DNA of 64,000 nucleotides from positions 224,001-288,000 of the forward strand of contig CAWFFU010000011.1 in the NCBI GenBank assembly GCA_963815215.1, read 5' to 3'. Numbering within the stretch: the stretch's first letter is position 1; each line of letters opens with the position of its first letter. This document shows, piece by piece, positions 33,099-45,197 of this stretch. The position numbers were made by a program, and so were the translations under genes. The DNA is from an uncultured Trueperaceae bacterium (GTDB lineage Bacteria > Deinococcota > Deinococci > Deinococcales > Trueperaceae). The notes below the pieces were generated by a model. That model had not been told where the DNA came from, made no database searches, and worked only from the letters and a program-made list of their open reading frames with translations.

Positions 33099-33846
33099 CG
33101 AGGGCCCCCGGCAGATGTCGCGGCCGGTCGACGTCCGCGGCCAGGGTGGCGTCCTCGGTCACCAACGCGCACGCACGGATCCCGGAGATCCGCTGAAGGC
33201 GCCGCTCGAGCTGTCCGATGCCGACTCGCCCGACGAGCAACGCCAGGAGCACGTCGAACCCGAACAACCCCGCCAGCGCCAGCGGGTTCTTGCGCGCCCG
33301 GAAGGCGGCGTCGATCACGGGCAGCAGCTTCGGCACCGCCGACGGCGTGATCAGCACCGCGTTCCCACCCGTCAACCGGCCCTCCCGGAGGCGGACGTAG
33401 GTGCGTCGCTGATGCGGGAACTGCGCGGTCGAGGAGGCTTCGGTCACCGCGGGGTACACCAGCTCCGCGTCGGGCTCGGCGTCGATGAACGCCGCCAGGC
33501 CCTCCGGCGTCACCCACGGGATGTCGGCGGTGAGCACCAGTAGACGCGCCTCGGGAGCGTGCGCCAGCGCCGCTCCCATTCCGAGCGCCAGCGAATCGAC
33601 CAGGCGCCGGCCCGACGGCACGTTCACGTCGTACAGTCCCCGCAAGCGGACGTTCACCGGGCCGACGTACACGATGCGTCCCACCGGGGCACAGCCGCGC
33701 AGCGCCTCCAGCACGTAGGCGCCCATCGGCTTGCCGCCCAGGGGCACCAGCGCCTTGGCCTCCACGCCGGCGTCCCGGGCGAGCCGGTCGCCGGCTTCGC
33801 CGCCCGCCAGGACGACGGCCGTGATGGCGGTTCTGGACGGCCTCAT
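33061..33846 (-). CDS. MobA-like NTP transferase domain protein
   Basis: AVVLAGG, KAL..GGKPM, TADIP, TGGN, DVD; TACAAT box 6 nt upstream. Confidence 0.85.
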   Translation of the reverse strand: MRPSRTAITAVVLAGGEAGDRLARDAGVEAKALVPLGGKPMGAYVLEALRGCAPVGRIVYVGPVNVRLRGLYDVNVPSGRRLVDSLALGMGAALAHAPEARLLVLTADIPWVTPEGLAAFIDAEPDAELVYPAVTEASSTAQFPHQRRTYVRLREGRLTGGNAVLITPSAVPKLLPVIDAAFRARKNPLALAGLFGFDVLLALLVGRVGIGQLERRLQRISGIRACALVTEDATLAADVDRPRHLPGALDERRPGLPGADA

Positions 33847-33893
33847 GCGTCGATTGTAGCGCGCTCGTGGGTCCGTCCGGTGGGCGTGCAGCG

Positions 33894-33930
33894 ACGCCTG
33901 GGCGGGACCGGATCGGTCCCGCCCAGGCGT
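33894..33930. terminator. Perfect 17-bp GC hairpin, likely terminator of the PEGA gene
   Basis: ACGCCTGGGCGGGACCG-GAT-CGGTCCCGCCCAGGCGT; no U-tract. Confidence 0.6.
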
Positions 33931-33976
33931 GGGTTCGCAGGTGGAGGAGCCGCACCGTGGTCGGCTGCCGCCCCGT

Positions 33977-35203
33977 TCAGAGGTGAGACTGGCTGGCCGA
34001 GAGCTGCGCGGTGCGGCCGGACACGATGCTGAAGCCGCTGACGTAGGTGCGGAAGCCGGGGGCCACCAGCGTCAACTCGTGCTGCCCGGGATCCAGGTTC
34101 GGTACCGAGAGCCGACCGCTGCCGCTGGGGATGGTCCCGGCCTGCTGCCCGTCGATGAACACCAGCGCTCCGCCCACATTGGCCTGGATGACCAGCGTCC
34201 CAGAGGCGCGCTGCAGGCCGGTGGAGACCTGGCGATCCTCGCCGGGCGACAGCGCGAAGTTCACGCTCGCCTCCTGGTAGCCGGGCAGGGTGAAGCGGGC
34301 GGTGTGGCTGCCGGCATCGACGCTCATGCGGCCGGTGGGAGTCGTCCCGACGTAGTTGCCGTCGAGGTAGATCTGCGCGCCGCGCGGGGAGCTGTCGAAC
34401 GACACCGTGCCGGTCCGTTGGATGGGCTGGAGTTGCGCACTGACCGACTGCGTTCCACCGGGCCCGAGGTTCACGCTGGTCTGGAACGCCTCGTAGCCGT
34501 CCTTGGTGATCCTGATGTCGTGGCGGCCGGGGTGGGTGCCGAAGTCCGTCGGCGTGTAGCCCACGAAGTCACCGTCGACGAAGGCCTCCGCCTGGCGGGG
34601 GTTCGAGTCGATGCGCAGGTTCCCGAACGCGGGCTGCTGCGGCTCGTTGCCGACGTTGTAGAGGACGGTGCTGGTGACCCAGTCCTGTTGCGGGACCGGC
34701 TTGACGACGATGGCGAAGCCGTGGACGAAGCCGTCCTGACCACCCGTACCGCTGGCGAAGGTATCGCCCGACTTGAACTGCGCGATCTGACCAGTGTCCA
34801 GCTGCCGTTTGCTGGCGACCGCGATGACCTTCGAGAGCCCGCGGGGCGGCGCGATGGTGAAGCTGTAGCGCGCGTTCGCGGGCGGGAACGTGCGGGACTC
34901 CCCGGCCTTCATCAAGTTGCTCTGCCCGGCCGGGTCGTACCGATTGGGCAGGATCTGCGTGATCTCGCCGTCGGGCTTGACGCTGAACAGGTAGACGTAG
35001 GCCGTCTGGCTCACCCGCACCGAGATCTGGACGCTCTCGCCCATCTGGTAGACGGGGCGGGAACCGGACTTGTTGAGCGACACCGTGACGGTGAAGTTGG
35101 GAGCCGGGTTGGGGTTGACGACGATCGCCTCGGGGCTGATGACGATCCTCTGTGCAAAGGCCAGCGGCAGAGCGAGAGCGAGAAGGGCAAGGAACTTTCT
35201 CAT
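33977..35203 (-). CDS. Secreted DUF4384 + PEGA-repeat envelope protein
   Basis: Signal peptide; Y..GE...I.V...AYVYLF..PDG...ILPN; three PEGA repeats; SD AGGAGG. Confidence 0.85.
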   Translation of the reverse strand: MRKFLALLALALPLAFAQRIVISPEAIVVNPNPAPNFTVTVSLNKSGSRPVYQMGESVQISVRVSQTAYVYLFSVKPDGEITQILPNRYDPAGQSNLMKAGESRTFPPANARYSFTIAPPRGLSKVIAVASKRQLDTGQIAQFKSGDTFASGTGGQDGFVHGFAIVVKPVPQQDWVTSTVLYNVGNEPQQPAFGNLRIDSNPRQAEAFVDGDFVGYTPTDFGTHPGRHDIRITKDGYEAFQTSVNLGPGGTQSVSAQLQPIQRTGTVSFDSSPRGAQIYLDGNYVGTTPTGRMSVDAGSHTARFTLPGYQEASVNFALSPGEDRQVSTGLQRASGTLVIQANVGGALVFIDGQQAGTIPSGSGRLSVPNLDPGQHELTLVAPGFRTYVSGFSIVSGRTAQLSASQSHL

Positions 35204-35455
35204 GGCCGGCCTCCTTTCCTAAGACCGAGGCTAGCACGCACCCCGACGAGCACGTGATGATGGGCTTGAACCGCCCTTCATGGAGGTTCCTTCATGTACC
35301 ATGGGCACCATACACACGCCGGGATGCGCCGCTGGGACGCTGTTCCCACCCGCCATCACCGGCCGGCGCGGCGCGGCGCCGCAACAGAAGCGGGTCGGGG
35401 GGGCCCCGCTCTCACGGTTCTAGGCCGGCAGCCACCCATACTCCAGGAGATGACC

Positions 35456-36166
35456 ATGCCCCGACCCCTCCTCCGCCGTCTGGCCCTCCTCGGCGCCCTG
35501 CTCGTGGCGGCGACGGCGAACGCTCAGCAACCGGACGTCTCCAGCCTGCTCGACAACATCAAGAACGCGGCGAACGCCATCCAGGACGCCACCTTCACCG
35601 TCACCGGCAAGCTCGTGGACGCTGACGGCACGGTGATCCCGCTGGACGTCGACATCCAGACCATCCCCCCGCAACACCTCGCCAGCGCCTACATCAATCA
35701 ACCCGACGCGCTGGCCGACAACCAGATCGTCCTCGACGGCAACGTGGTCAAGAACTACACCTTCCTGACCAACCAGATCACGCTGTTCGACGCCAACGAC
35801 CCCGACGCACTGGGCGGCCTGCTACCGGCGAGCCCTACCGGCCAGGGCGCTCCCCAGATCTCGTTCGACCTCGGCGCGATCTTCGCCGGCTACGACGCCA
35901 GCATCAAGGACGTGAAGCAGACGGGCGGAACCACGACCTACGTACTCGACTTCACCAACAAGGATCCCAAGGCGAGCATCCTCAACGTCGAGGCGACGGT
36001 GCCGTCCAGCGACTGGCTGCCCCGCCGGCTGGTCTTCCTGCAGAAGGGGGACCGCGTCGTCGCCGATCTCAACGTGACGAACCTGAAGCTGGACCAGGGT
36101 CTCGACCCGAAGAAGGTCGCCTACCTGCCCAAGGACGCCGAGGTCATCGACAACCGCAAGAAGTGA
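35456..36166 (+). CDS. LolA-like outer-membrane lipoprotein carrier protein
   Basis: Signal peptide ANA-Q; PDALADNQIVLDG..V.NY.FLTNQ; SD AGGAG. Confidence 0.7.
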   Translation: MPRPLLRRLALLGALLVAATANAQQPDVSSLLDNIKNAANAIQDATFTVTGKLVDADGTVIPLDVDIQTIPPQHLASAYINQPDALADNQIVLDGNVVKNYTFLTNQITLFDANDPDALGGLLPASPTGQGAPQISFDLGAIFAGYDASIKDVKQTGGTTTYVLDFTNKDPKASILNVEATVPSSDWLPRRLVFLQKGDRVVADLNVTNLKLDQGLDPKKVAYLPKDAEVIDNRKK

Positions 36167-36206
36167 GCCGCGCGCCGCTCCGCCCTGCCGCGACGGCCCG
36201 TGACGA

Positions 36207-36247
36207 GGGCGCCCGCGTCCCCACGCTCGAGGGAGACGCGGGCGCCC
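36207..36247. terminator. Hairpin between convergent genes (bidirectional terminator candidate)
   Basis: 13-bp stem GGGCGCCCGCGTC...GACGCGGGCGCCC. Confidence 0.55.
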
Positions 36248-36253
36248 GACGCC

Positions 36254-37648
<1,395 letters not shown>

Positions 37649-37739
37649 GGTTCCTCCACAGCGGCGGCGTCGGCCGCCTGACGCGTTCATGCTAACGCCG
37701 GCCACCGCCGCGCCGCGCCTGTGTCAGGCCGCGTCCGGG

Positions 37740-38714
37740 TCAGGGCCGGAGCGCGAAGCGCAGCGCGTCCGCCAGGCCGTTGCGCCAGTTGGTCCAGTTG
37801 TGGCCCGCATGGCTCTCGACGTAGCGGTGCTCGACGGCGTGCCCCTGCAACGCCCGGGCCGTGCGCCGGTTGACGTCGGTGAGCCACTCCAGCGTGCCGC
37901 ATGCGGCGTACCAGCGCAGCCCGGCCGCGCCGCGCTCCTCGAGCGTCTGCGCCACCCAGCTGCGCTCGCTGCGGTAGAAGTCGCGGTCGTCGGGGTGCCC
38001 GAGGAAGGCGCCGGAGAACGTCACCACGCCGCTGACCAGGTCCGGGCGCTCGAGCGCCAGGGTGGCGCTGAACAGGCCACCGAGGCTGGCGCCGAGCGCC
38101 ACCAGCTCCCCGCTGGAGGGGTAGCGACCGGTCAGCTCCTGGTACAGCTCGCGCTCGACGAAGCGGCGATAGCCCGGATGGAAGGCGTACTCGCGCGAGC
38201 GCTCCACCGGCTCCACGAAGGCGATCCGCGCGGGCCGCGCTTCGCCGGCGGCAACGAGTGCGGCCAGCACGTCTGCCAGACGGGCCAGCCGGTAGAAGGC
38301 CACGCCGTCTTGAACCAGCAGCCAGGGCAGCGTGGCCTCCTCGAAGCCCGCCGGGGTGGCGACGATGACCCGACGCTGCTGATGGAGCTCGGCACTGGTC
38401 ACGCGCAGCCGGTCCACCGTCGGCGCCGGCGCGGGCTCGGGCGGATCGGCCAGTGGGTCGGCGCGGTAGTCCGGACCGGTCAGCGCGCTGAGCTCCCGAT
38501 ACCAGGGGTTCTCCGCCCGGCGCGGATTCGCCGGGTCGGCCCGCATCCTCCCTTCGCCGTCGAGGAAGCCATACTCGAAGTAGACGTCGTCCGGTAGCTC
38601 GAACGCGAGCGACGACGACCCCACCGGGTCCACCGGCCGCGGCGAGCGGTCCATGTCGGTCAGGTCGGAGGCGAGACGTCTCGCCCACTCGGGAACGTCG
38701 AGGGAGACCTGCAT
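37740..38714 (-). CDS. Enterochelin-esterase-like alpha/beta hydrolase
   Basis: ADPANP, QDG, GASLGG, GHNWTNW; TACACT box 7 nt upstream. Confidence 0.8.
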   Translation of the reverse strand: MQVSLDVPEWARRLASDLTDMDRSPRPVDPVGSSSLAFELPDDVYFEYGFLDGEGRMRADPANPRRAENPWYRELSALTGPDYRADPLADPPEPAPAPTVDRLRVTSAELHQQRRVIVATPAGFEEATLPWLLVQDGVAFYRLARLADVLAALVAAGEARPARIAFVEPVERSREYAFHPGYRRFVERELYQELTGRYPSSGELVALGASLGGLFSATLALERPDLVSGVVTFSGAFLGHPDDRDFYRSERSWVAQTLEERGAAGLRWYAACGTLEWLTDVNRRTARALQGHAVEHRYVESHAGHNWTNWRNGLADALRFALRP

Positions 38715-38803
38715 GCCGTCGAGTGTACCCGCACTGCGCAGGCCGTGCCCTACCAGCACGCGCCCGTTCGGAGAGCGTCGAGAGCCTTGGTAGACTCGGC
38801 GCC

Positions 38804-39973
38804 ATGGCCGAACACCCTTACGACACCCTGTCACTGGACACGCTCCGGCACCGAGCCAACGCCAAGTGGACGCACTTCGAGCCCGACGTCCTGCCGCTGT
38901 GGGTGGCCGAGATGGACTTCCCCGTCGCCGACGCCGTGAAGGACGCCATCGCGGCCCAGATCCGCGACAACCTCGGCTACGGCCTCGGGCAGGGTCTGCC
39001 CGGACTGGTCGAGGCCCTGCGGGAGCGCCTCGACACGCGCTACGGGCTACGTCCCGAGGCCGACGACGTGACCTTGCTCGGGAGCACCGTGCAGGGGCTC
39101 TACCTCGCCTCGCTGGCGTTCGCCGGCCCCGGCGACGAAGCGCTCCTGCTGACGCCCCTGTACCCCCCCTTCCGCGCCGCCCTGGAGAACACCGGCCGGG
39201 TGCCCGTGGAGGTGCCGATGATCGACGCCCCCGACGGCTACGCCATCGACTTCGACGCCCTGGAGGCCGCCGTCACGCCGGCCACCCGCCTGCTCATGCT
39301 GTGCAACCCGCACAACCCCGTGGGGCGTGTGTTCCGCCTGGACGAGCTCGAGCGCCTGGCCGAGCTGGCCTTGAAGCACAACCTGTGGGTGATCTCCGAC
39401 GAGCTCCACGCCGACCTCGTCTTCACCGGGACGCACCGTCCGATCGCTGCGCTCGGAGCGGAGATCGCTCGGCGTACCCTCACGCTCTACGGCCCGACCA
39501 AGGCCTTCAACATCCCGGGCCTCAAGATCAGCTTCGCCTATAGCGCCAACCACGCCATGCTGGAGCGCCTCGCCCACCACGCGCGCGGCGTGGCGCCGGG
39601 TCCCAACGTGCTGGCGCAGGCGGCGACGCTCGGGGCCTACAACGACGCGGGCGGCTGGTTCGATACCACCCTGGCGTACCTGCGGGCCAACCGCGATCAC
39701 GTGGCCCGGCGGGTGGCCGCCGATGTGCCCGGAGTACGCATGCACGCGCCGGAGGGAACCTACCTGGCATGGCTCGACTTCCGGGACGCCGGGTTGGGTG
39801 ACGATCCGGCCGCGGTGCTGCGAGAGGAGGCCGCCGTGGGGCTCAACAGCGGCCACGCCTTCGGCCTGGGAGGCGCGGGATTCGCACGGTTGAACTTCGC
39901 CACCAGCCGCGCCATCGTCGATGAGGGACTGGACCGCATCGCAGCGCGCGTCGCATCCGGAGTCGGCGCCTGA
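38804..39973 (+). CDS. MalY/PatB family PLP-dependent C-S lyase
   Basis: LPLWVAEMDF, LCNPHNPVG, SDELHADL, PTKAFN, EGTYLAWLD. Confidence 0.92.
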   Translation: MAEHPYDTLSLDTLRHRANAKWTHFEPDVLPLWVAEMDFPVADAVKDAIAAQIRDNLGYGLGQGLPGLVEALRERLDTRYGLRPEADDVTLLGSTVQGLYLASLAFAGPGDEALLLTPLYPPFRAALENTGRVPVEVPMIDAPDGYAIDFDALEAAVTPATRLLMLCNPHNPVGRVFRLDELERLAELALKHNLWVISDELHADLVFTGTHRPIAALGAEIARRTLTLYGPTKAFNIPGLKISFAYSANHAMLERLAHHARGVAPGPNVLAQAATLGAYNDAGGWFDTTLAYLRANRDHVARRVAADVPGVRMHAPEGTYLAWLDFRDAGLGDDPAAVLREEAAVGLNSGHAFGLGGAGFARLNFATSRAIVDEGLDRIAARVASGVGA

Positions 39974-39981
39974 GCCGCCGC

Positions 39982-40674
39982 GTGCCGGGTGCGCCGCCGG
40001 CCCGCTTCTACCCGGCCGAGCTCGAACGCTGCCGCTCATGCCCTCGCCTGGCCGACTGGCGGGAGGAGGTCGGCCGGGTGAAGCGCCGCGCCTACCTCGA
40101 CCAGACCTACTGGGCGCGGCCGGTACCGGGCTTCGGCGATCCCGAGGCCACCATCGTGCTGTTGGGGCTGGCGCCTGGCGCCCACGGCTCCAACCGGACC
40201 GGCCGCATGTTCACCGGCGACGCCAGCGGCGGCTTCCTCTACCCGGCGCTACACCGGGCGGGGCTCGCCTCACAGCCCGGTGGCACCACCGCCGACGACG
40301 GCCTGACCCTTCGCGGCGTGTGGATCACGGCCGCGTTGCGCTGTGTGCCTCCGGGGAACAAACCGCGCCGCGACGAGCTGGAGAGCTGCCGCCGCTGGTT
40401 GCGCCACGACCTGGTCGGCCTGCCACGGCTGCGCGTGGTGGTGGCGCTGGGGCGCATCGCCCACGACAGTTACCTCGACCTCCTGCGCGCCGACGGCACC
40501 GCCGTCGTCAAGGCGCGCTACCCGTTCGCTCACGGCGCCGAGCATCGCCTGGGTGGGGGGCCGGTGCTGCTCGACACCTATCACGTGAGCTTCCAGAACA
40601 CCAACACCGGCCGCCTCACCGCCGCCATGTTCGACGCGGTGCTGGCGCGCGCCGGGACGCTCGGCGCACGGTGA
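39982..40674 (+). CDS. Family 5 uracil-DNA glycosylase (UdgB-like)
   Basis: CRSCPRL, GLAPGAHGSNRTGRMFTGD, RCVPPGNKP, YHVSFQNT. Confidence 0.9.
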   Translation: MPGAPPARFYPAELERCRSCPRLADWREEVGRVKRRAYLDQTYWARPVPGFGDPEATIVLLGLAPGAHGSNRTGRMFTGDASGGFLYPALHRAGLASQPGGTTADDGLTLRGVWITAALRCVPPGNKPRRDELESCRRWLRHDLVGLPRLRVVVALGRIAHDSYLDLLRADGTAVVKARYPFAHGAEHRLGGGPVLLDTYHVSFQNTNTGRLTAAMFDAVLARAGTLGAR

Positions 40675-40708
40675 GAGCCGCGACCTGCGTTCGCGTTAGA
40701 GTCACGGC

Positions 40709-41863
40709 ATGACCCTGGCGACACTCAACCTGGGCCCCACCCTGGAATCGGCTCTGGTATCGGGCCACCCCTGGATCTACCGCAACCACCTGCCGCACCA
40801 CCGCCTTACGACCGGGCAGTGGGTGCGCCTCGAAGCGGGGCGCGCCGTGGCGCACGGCCTCTACGACGGACACGGCGCCATCGCCGTTCGCCTGTTCAGT
40901 CGGGAGTCGGTGCCCGATGACGCCCTGCTCAAGCGGCGCGTGCGGGAAGCGCTGGAGCTACGCCGTTCCCTCTCGCAGCGCGCCGACACCGACGCCTACC
41001 GTCTGCTGTACGGCGAGGGGGACTTCCTGCCGGCGATCGTGGCCGACCGCTACGGGCGCTTCGCAGTGATCAAGGCCTACGCCTCCAGCGTGCGGGCCCT
41101 ACTGCCCGTCGTGGCGCGCGAGCTCGGCACCGCGCTGGGCCTCAAGGGCGTGGTGCAACGGATCGAAGGCGATGAGCTCGAGGCGCTGTGGGGCCAGCTC
41201 CCGCCGCCCGAGGAGAGCGTGCTGGAGAACGGCCTGCGCTTCCACGCCGATCTCCGGCGCGGCCAGAAGACCGGCCTGTTCCTCGATCAGCGGGACAACC
41301 GCATGCTGGTGCGCGAGCTCGCCGCGGGACGCCGGGTGCTCAACCTGTTCAGTTACACCGGCGCGTTCAGCGTCTACGCTCTCGCGGGCGGCGCCGAGCT
41401 GGCGGTGAGCGTGGATGTGGCCGAAGGAGCGGTGCACGAGGCCGAGCGCGCCGTCGAGCGTAACGGATTGCCGGTCGAGCGCCACCGAGCCGTCGCCGCC
41501 GACGTGTTCACGTTCCTGCCCCAGGCCGCCGAGCGCGGCGACCGCTACGACCTGGTCGTCCTCGATCCGCCCGCGCTGGCGCGCAACGCCGAGCAGCGTC
41601 GCCGTGCGCAACGCGCCTACCTGAAGTTGAACCGGGCGGCGTTCCGAGCCGTCGAGCCGGGCGGCTACCTTGCGACTGCTTCCTGCACCTCGCAGATCTC
41701 CCCCGAGGCGTTCCAGCGGCTGGTCGCCGAGGCGGCCCGCGCCGCGGGGGTGCGGGCCCAACTCATCGCCGAGCGCGGTCAGCCGCTCGACCACCCTGTT
41801 CCTGCCAGCTTCCCGGAGGGGCGCTACCTCAAGTTCCTGGCGTATCGCGTGCTGCCGGAATGA
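40709..41863 (+). CDS. RlmI/RlmK-like SAM-dependent rRNA methyltransferase
   Basis: GHPWIY, GQKTGLFLDQR, NLFSYTG, LDPP, EGRYLK. Confidence 0.9.
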   Translation: MTLATLNLGPTLESALVSGHPWIYRNHLPHHRLTTGQWVRLEAGRAVAHGLYDGHGAIAVRLFSRESVPDDALLKRRVREALELRRSLSQRADTDAYRLLYGEGDFLPAIVADRYGRFAVIKAYASSVRALLPVVARELGTALGLKGVVQRIEGDELEALWGQLPPPEESVLENGLRFHADLRRGQKTGLFLDQRDNRMLVRELAAGRRVLNLFSYTGAFSVYALAGGAELAVSVDVAEGAVHEAERAVERNGLPVERHRAVAADVFTFLPQAAERGDRYDLVVLDPPALARNAEQRRRAQRAYLKLNRAAFRAVEPGGYLATASCTSQISPEAFQRLVAEAARAAGVRAQLIAERGQPLDHPVPASFPEGRYLKFLAYRVLPE

Positions 41864-41894
41864 GCGCGCCCGCGGCGAGCGTCCGGGCCGCGGC

Positions 41895-42749
41895 TCACGA
41901 CGAGGCCGGCGGCAGCCGTTCGTTCAGCCACGCCAGCAGGTCGGCTGTTACGGTGGCGCGATCGAGATCGTTGAACAGCTCGTGGTACCCGCCCGGGTAG
42001 GACGTCAGGGTGACGTCGCGGCCGCCGATCCGCGCGGCCAGCTCGCGGCTGGCCTGGGGGTCGTTGAGGCCGTCGGCGGCACCGTGCACGATCAGGGTCG
42101 GGACCTCGAGCTCGGGCGCGCGTTCCAGTAGCGGTGGCCCCGAGCGCACCAGCTCGTGCCCCATGCGGGCCTTGATCCAACCGGTGTAGGTCAGGGGATC
42201 GTTCCGGTAGGCGGCCACCTCGGCGGGATCGCGCGAGAGCACGGCGGCGTCGAGGCGCTGGACGGGGAGCTGCGGCACCAGACGTGCCAGCAGCGCCGCC
42301 ATCGGCTTCATCCACCCCGGTGGGGGAACGGTAGGTCTCAGGAAGGGCGCGCTCAGCACCAGCAGGCTCACCCGCTCGGGGTGGTCCAGGGCGAAGCGAA
42401 GCGCGATGGTGCCCCCCACGCTGTGCCCCAGCACCACGCACGGTAGTTCCGGCTGCTCGGCCCGGACGAGGTCGCTCAGGCGCGCCAGGTCGTCGACGTA
42501 GTCCGCGAAGTGCGCCACGTCCGCACGCCGGCCCGGGCTGCGCCCGTGGCCGCGCAGGTCGGGAGCCCACACTTCGAGTCCCTCGGCGCTCAAGGCGCCG
42601 GCCAGCGCGAGGTAGCGACCCGCATGCTCGGCGTAACCGTGCACCAGCAGACAGGTGGCACGTGGCGATTCGGCCCGCCAGCGGTGGACGACCAGCTCCA
42701 GCCCGTCGCGTGTGGGTAGCGAACCGCGTTCCGGGGGCACCGGGCTCAC
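41895..42749 (-). CDS. Lysophospholipase/monoglyceride lipase-like hydrolase
   Basis: VHGYAEH, DLRGHG, GHSVGG, YHELFND; GTGA-coupled to purS. Confidence 0.88.
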   Translation of the reverse strand: MSPVPPERGSLPTRDGLELVVHRWRAESPRATCLLVHGYAEHAGRYLALAGALSAEGLEVWAPDLRGHGRSPGRRADVAHFADYVDDLARLSDLVRAEQPELPCVVLGHSVGGTIALRFALDHPERVSLLVLSAPFLRPTVPPPGWMKPMAALLARLVPQLPVQRLDAAVLSRDPAEVAAYRNDPLTYTGWIKARMGHELVRSGPPLLERAPELEVPTLIVHGAADGLNDPQASRELAARIGGRDVTLTSYPGGYHELFNDLDRATVTADLLAWLNERLPPASS

Positions 42750-43003
42750 GCCTCCTCGAGCGTGACCTCGACGTCCTCCATGACAGGGTTGGACAGCACC
42801 TTCTCGGCGATCTCACCGAGCTGACGCTCGACTTGCGCGCGCTCGCCCTCGAGCACCAGCTCGATGCGCTTGCCGACGCGCACCCCCGAGATGTTGTCGT
42901 TGCCCAGGCGGTGGAGCGTCGCTTCCACGGCACGCCCCTGCGGATCGAGGATCGAGCGCTTGAGCAGAACATCCACGACGGCGCGGTAGCGGGGCACGCT
43001 CAC
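42746..43003 (-). CDS. purS: FGAM synthase subunit PurS
   Basis: [22 protein letters not shown]; start may be 42997. Confidence 0.93.
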   Translation of the reverse strand: MSVPRYRAVVDVLLKRSILDPQGRAVEATLHRLGNDNISGVRVGKRIELVLEGERAQVERQLGEIAEKVLSNPVMEDVEVTLEEA

Positions 43004-43758
43004 TCCCCGGCGCCTTCGGTGACGATGGGGCGCGGCTCGCCGCCCTCCACCACCCGGTGGAAGATCTCCTGGTATGCGTCCTCGACAGCGCCGAGGTCGC
43101 GTCGGAAACGGTCCTTGTCGAGCCTTTCCCCGCTCGCCAGGTCCCACAGACGGCAGGTGTCCGGGCTGATCTCGTCGGCCAGCACCAGGTCGCCGTCGGC
43201 GGTGCGACCGAACTCGAGCTTGAAGTCCACCAACTCGATCCCGCGCTCCTCGAAGTACGGGATCAGCATGTCGTTCACGGTCGACGCCATCTCGAACAGC
43301 GCCTCCAGGTCCTCGGGCGTGGCGAGCTCCAGCGCCACCGCGGTGGCGTCATTGAGGGGCGGATCGCCCAGCTCGTCGTTCTTGTAGCACCACTCGATCA
43401 CGATGGGATCGAGGTCGAGGCCCTCGTCCACGCCGTAGCGTTTGGCGAAGGAGCCGGCTGCCCGGTTGCGCACGATCACCTCGATGGGGATGATCTCGAC
43501 AGCCTTGACGAGCTGCTCGCGCTCCGAGAGACGGGAGAGGAAGTGCGTCGGCACGCCCTGCTCAGCCAGGAACTCGAACAGCACCCCCGACACGGCGTTG
43601 TTCACCACCCCCTTGCCGCGGATGGTGCCGCGCTTCAGGGCGTTGAACGCCGTGGCGTCGTCCTTGTACTCGACGATGTAGAGCTGCTCATCGTCGGTGT
43701 CGAACACCTTCTTGGCCTTGCCTTCGTAGCGCATCGCGCCTTTTCCGGGAGCGGTCAC
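43000..43758 (-). CDS. purC: SAICAR synthase
   Basis: [41 protein letters not shown] box 6 nt upstream of GTG. Confidence 0.95.
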   Translation of the reverse strand: MTAPGKGAMRYEGKAKKVFDTDDEQLYIVEYKDDATAFNALKRGTIRGKGVVNNAVSGVLFEFLAEQGVPTHFLSRLSEREQLVKAVEIIPIEVIVRNRAAGSFAKRYGVDEGLDLDPIVIEWCYKNDELGDPPLNDATAVALELATPEDLEALFEMASTVNDMLIPYFEERGIELVDFKLEFGRTADGDLVLADEISPDTCRLWDLASGERLDKDRFRRDLGAVEDAYQEIFHRVVEGGEPRPIVTEGAGE

Positions 43759-43829
43759 GCCCGGATGATAGCAGGTCGCGGCGGACCGCCGAACGTGCTG
43801 CAGACGGGCGCCGGCCCCGTCATGGAGCG

Positions 43830-45134
43830 CTACAGCCCGAAGCGGCCGTAGATCGCGTCGACGTGCCTCAGATACCAGTCGGGCTCGAACGCCTCGTCGA
43901 GCTCGGCGGCTCCCAAGCGGCAGTCCGGATCGTCGGCCAGCAGCGCCCGCAAGTGCGTCCCCTCGTCCCAGCTTCGAAGGCTGTTGCGCTGCACCACCTC
44001 GTAGGCCGCCTCTCGGCTCATCCCCTTGTCGACGAGGAGGTGGAGCACCCGCTGCGAGTAGACCAAGCCGTGCAGCAGATCCAGGTTGGCCTCCAGACGG
44101 TCCTCGTACACGACGAGATCGCGCAGCACGCGAGCCAGGCGGCGCACGGCGTAACTGGCCAGCGTGGTGGAGTCCGGCAGGATGACGCGCTCGACCGCGC
44201 TGTGGCTGATGTCGCGCTCGTGCCACAGCGCCACGTTCTCGAGCGCCGCCTGCAGGTTGCTGCGCAACAGCCGCGCCACCCCGGCGAGGTTCTCGCTGGC
44301 GATGGGGTTCTTCTTGTGCGGCATGCTCGAGCTGCCCGTCTGCCCCTTACCGAAGCCCTCCTGCGCCTCGCGCACCTCGCTGCGCTGCAGGTGCCGGATC
44401 TCCAGGGCGACCCGCTCCACGGTGGTGCCCAGGATGGCCAGCGCGCTCATCAGCTCGGCGTGGCGGTCCCTCGCGACGGTCTGGTTGGTGACGGCGTCGA
44501 CGGCGAGCCCCAGCCGCTCGGCCACGCGGGCCTCGACCTCGGGCGGCACGTGCGCGTAGGTGCCCACCGAACCCGACAGCATGGCCACCGAGATCGCCTC
44601 GCGCGCCCGCCGTAGGCGCACCTCGTCACGTTGCAGCGCAGCCAGGAAGTTCAGGAACTTCAGCCCGAACGTCATGGGCTCGGCGTGGATCCCGTGGGTA
44701 CGCCCCACGCAGGGGGTGTGCCGGTAGCGCACCGCCTTCTCGCGGAGCGCTTCGGAGAGCGCCGATACGTCGGCCAGCACGATGTCTAGGGCTTCGCGCA
44801 GCAGCAGGTTCTGGGCCGTATCGACTACGTCGGTGCTGGTCAGGCCGTGGTGCAGGAAGCGCGCCGGCTCCCCCACGCGCTCGCCGATCGCGCGCGTGAA
44901 GGCCACGATGTCGTGCCGGGTGGTGGCCTCGATCGCCTCGACCCGCTCGGCGAAGGCGTCGTCGAGCGGGCGCTCCGCCAGCGCCTGAACGATGGCCCCG
45001 GCCGTGCCGGCCGGCACCTCACCGAGCGCCTCCCAGGCTTCGGTCGCCGCGAGCTCGACCTGCAGCCACGCTCGGTAGCGGGCGGCGCCGCCCCACAGGC
45101 GCCGCATCTCGGGCGTGGTGTAGCGGTCGATCAT
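43830..45134 (-). CDS. purB: Adenylosuccinate lyase
   Basis: [36 protein letters not shown]. Confidence 0.96.
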   Translation of the reverse strand: MIDRYTTPEMRRLWGGAARYRAWLQVELAATEAWEALGEVPAGTAGAIVQALAERPLDDAFAERVEAIEATTRHDIVAFTRAIGERVGEPARFLHHGLTSTDVVDTAQNLLLREALDIVLADVSALSEALREKAVRYRHTPCVGRTHGIHAEPMTFGLKFLNFLAALQRDEVRLRRAREAISVAMLSGSVGTYAHVPPEVEARVAERLGLAVDAVTNQTVARDRHAELMSALAILGTTVERVALEIRHLQRSEVREAQEGFGKGQTGSSSMPHKKNPIASENLAGVARLLRSNLQAALENVALWHERDISHSAVERVILPDSTTLASYAVRRLARVLRDLVVYEDRLEANLDLLHGLVYSQRVLHLLVDKGMSREAAYEVVQRNSLRSWDEGTHLRALLADDPDCRLGAAELDEAFEPDWYLRHVDAIYGRFGL

Positions 45135-45197
45135 GGCTAGAACGCTACCACGCTGTCGCGACGCGCTCGGGGCCCGCCCGCCGGTATGCTCATGGCC

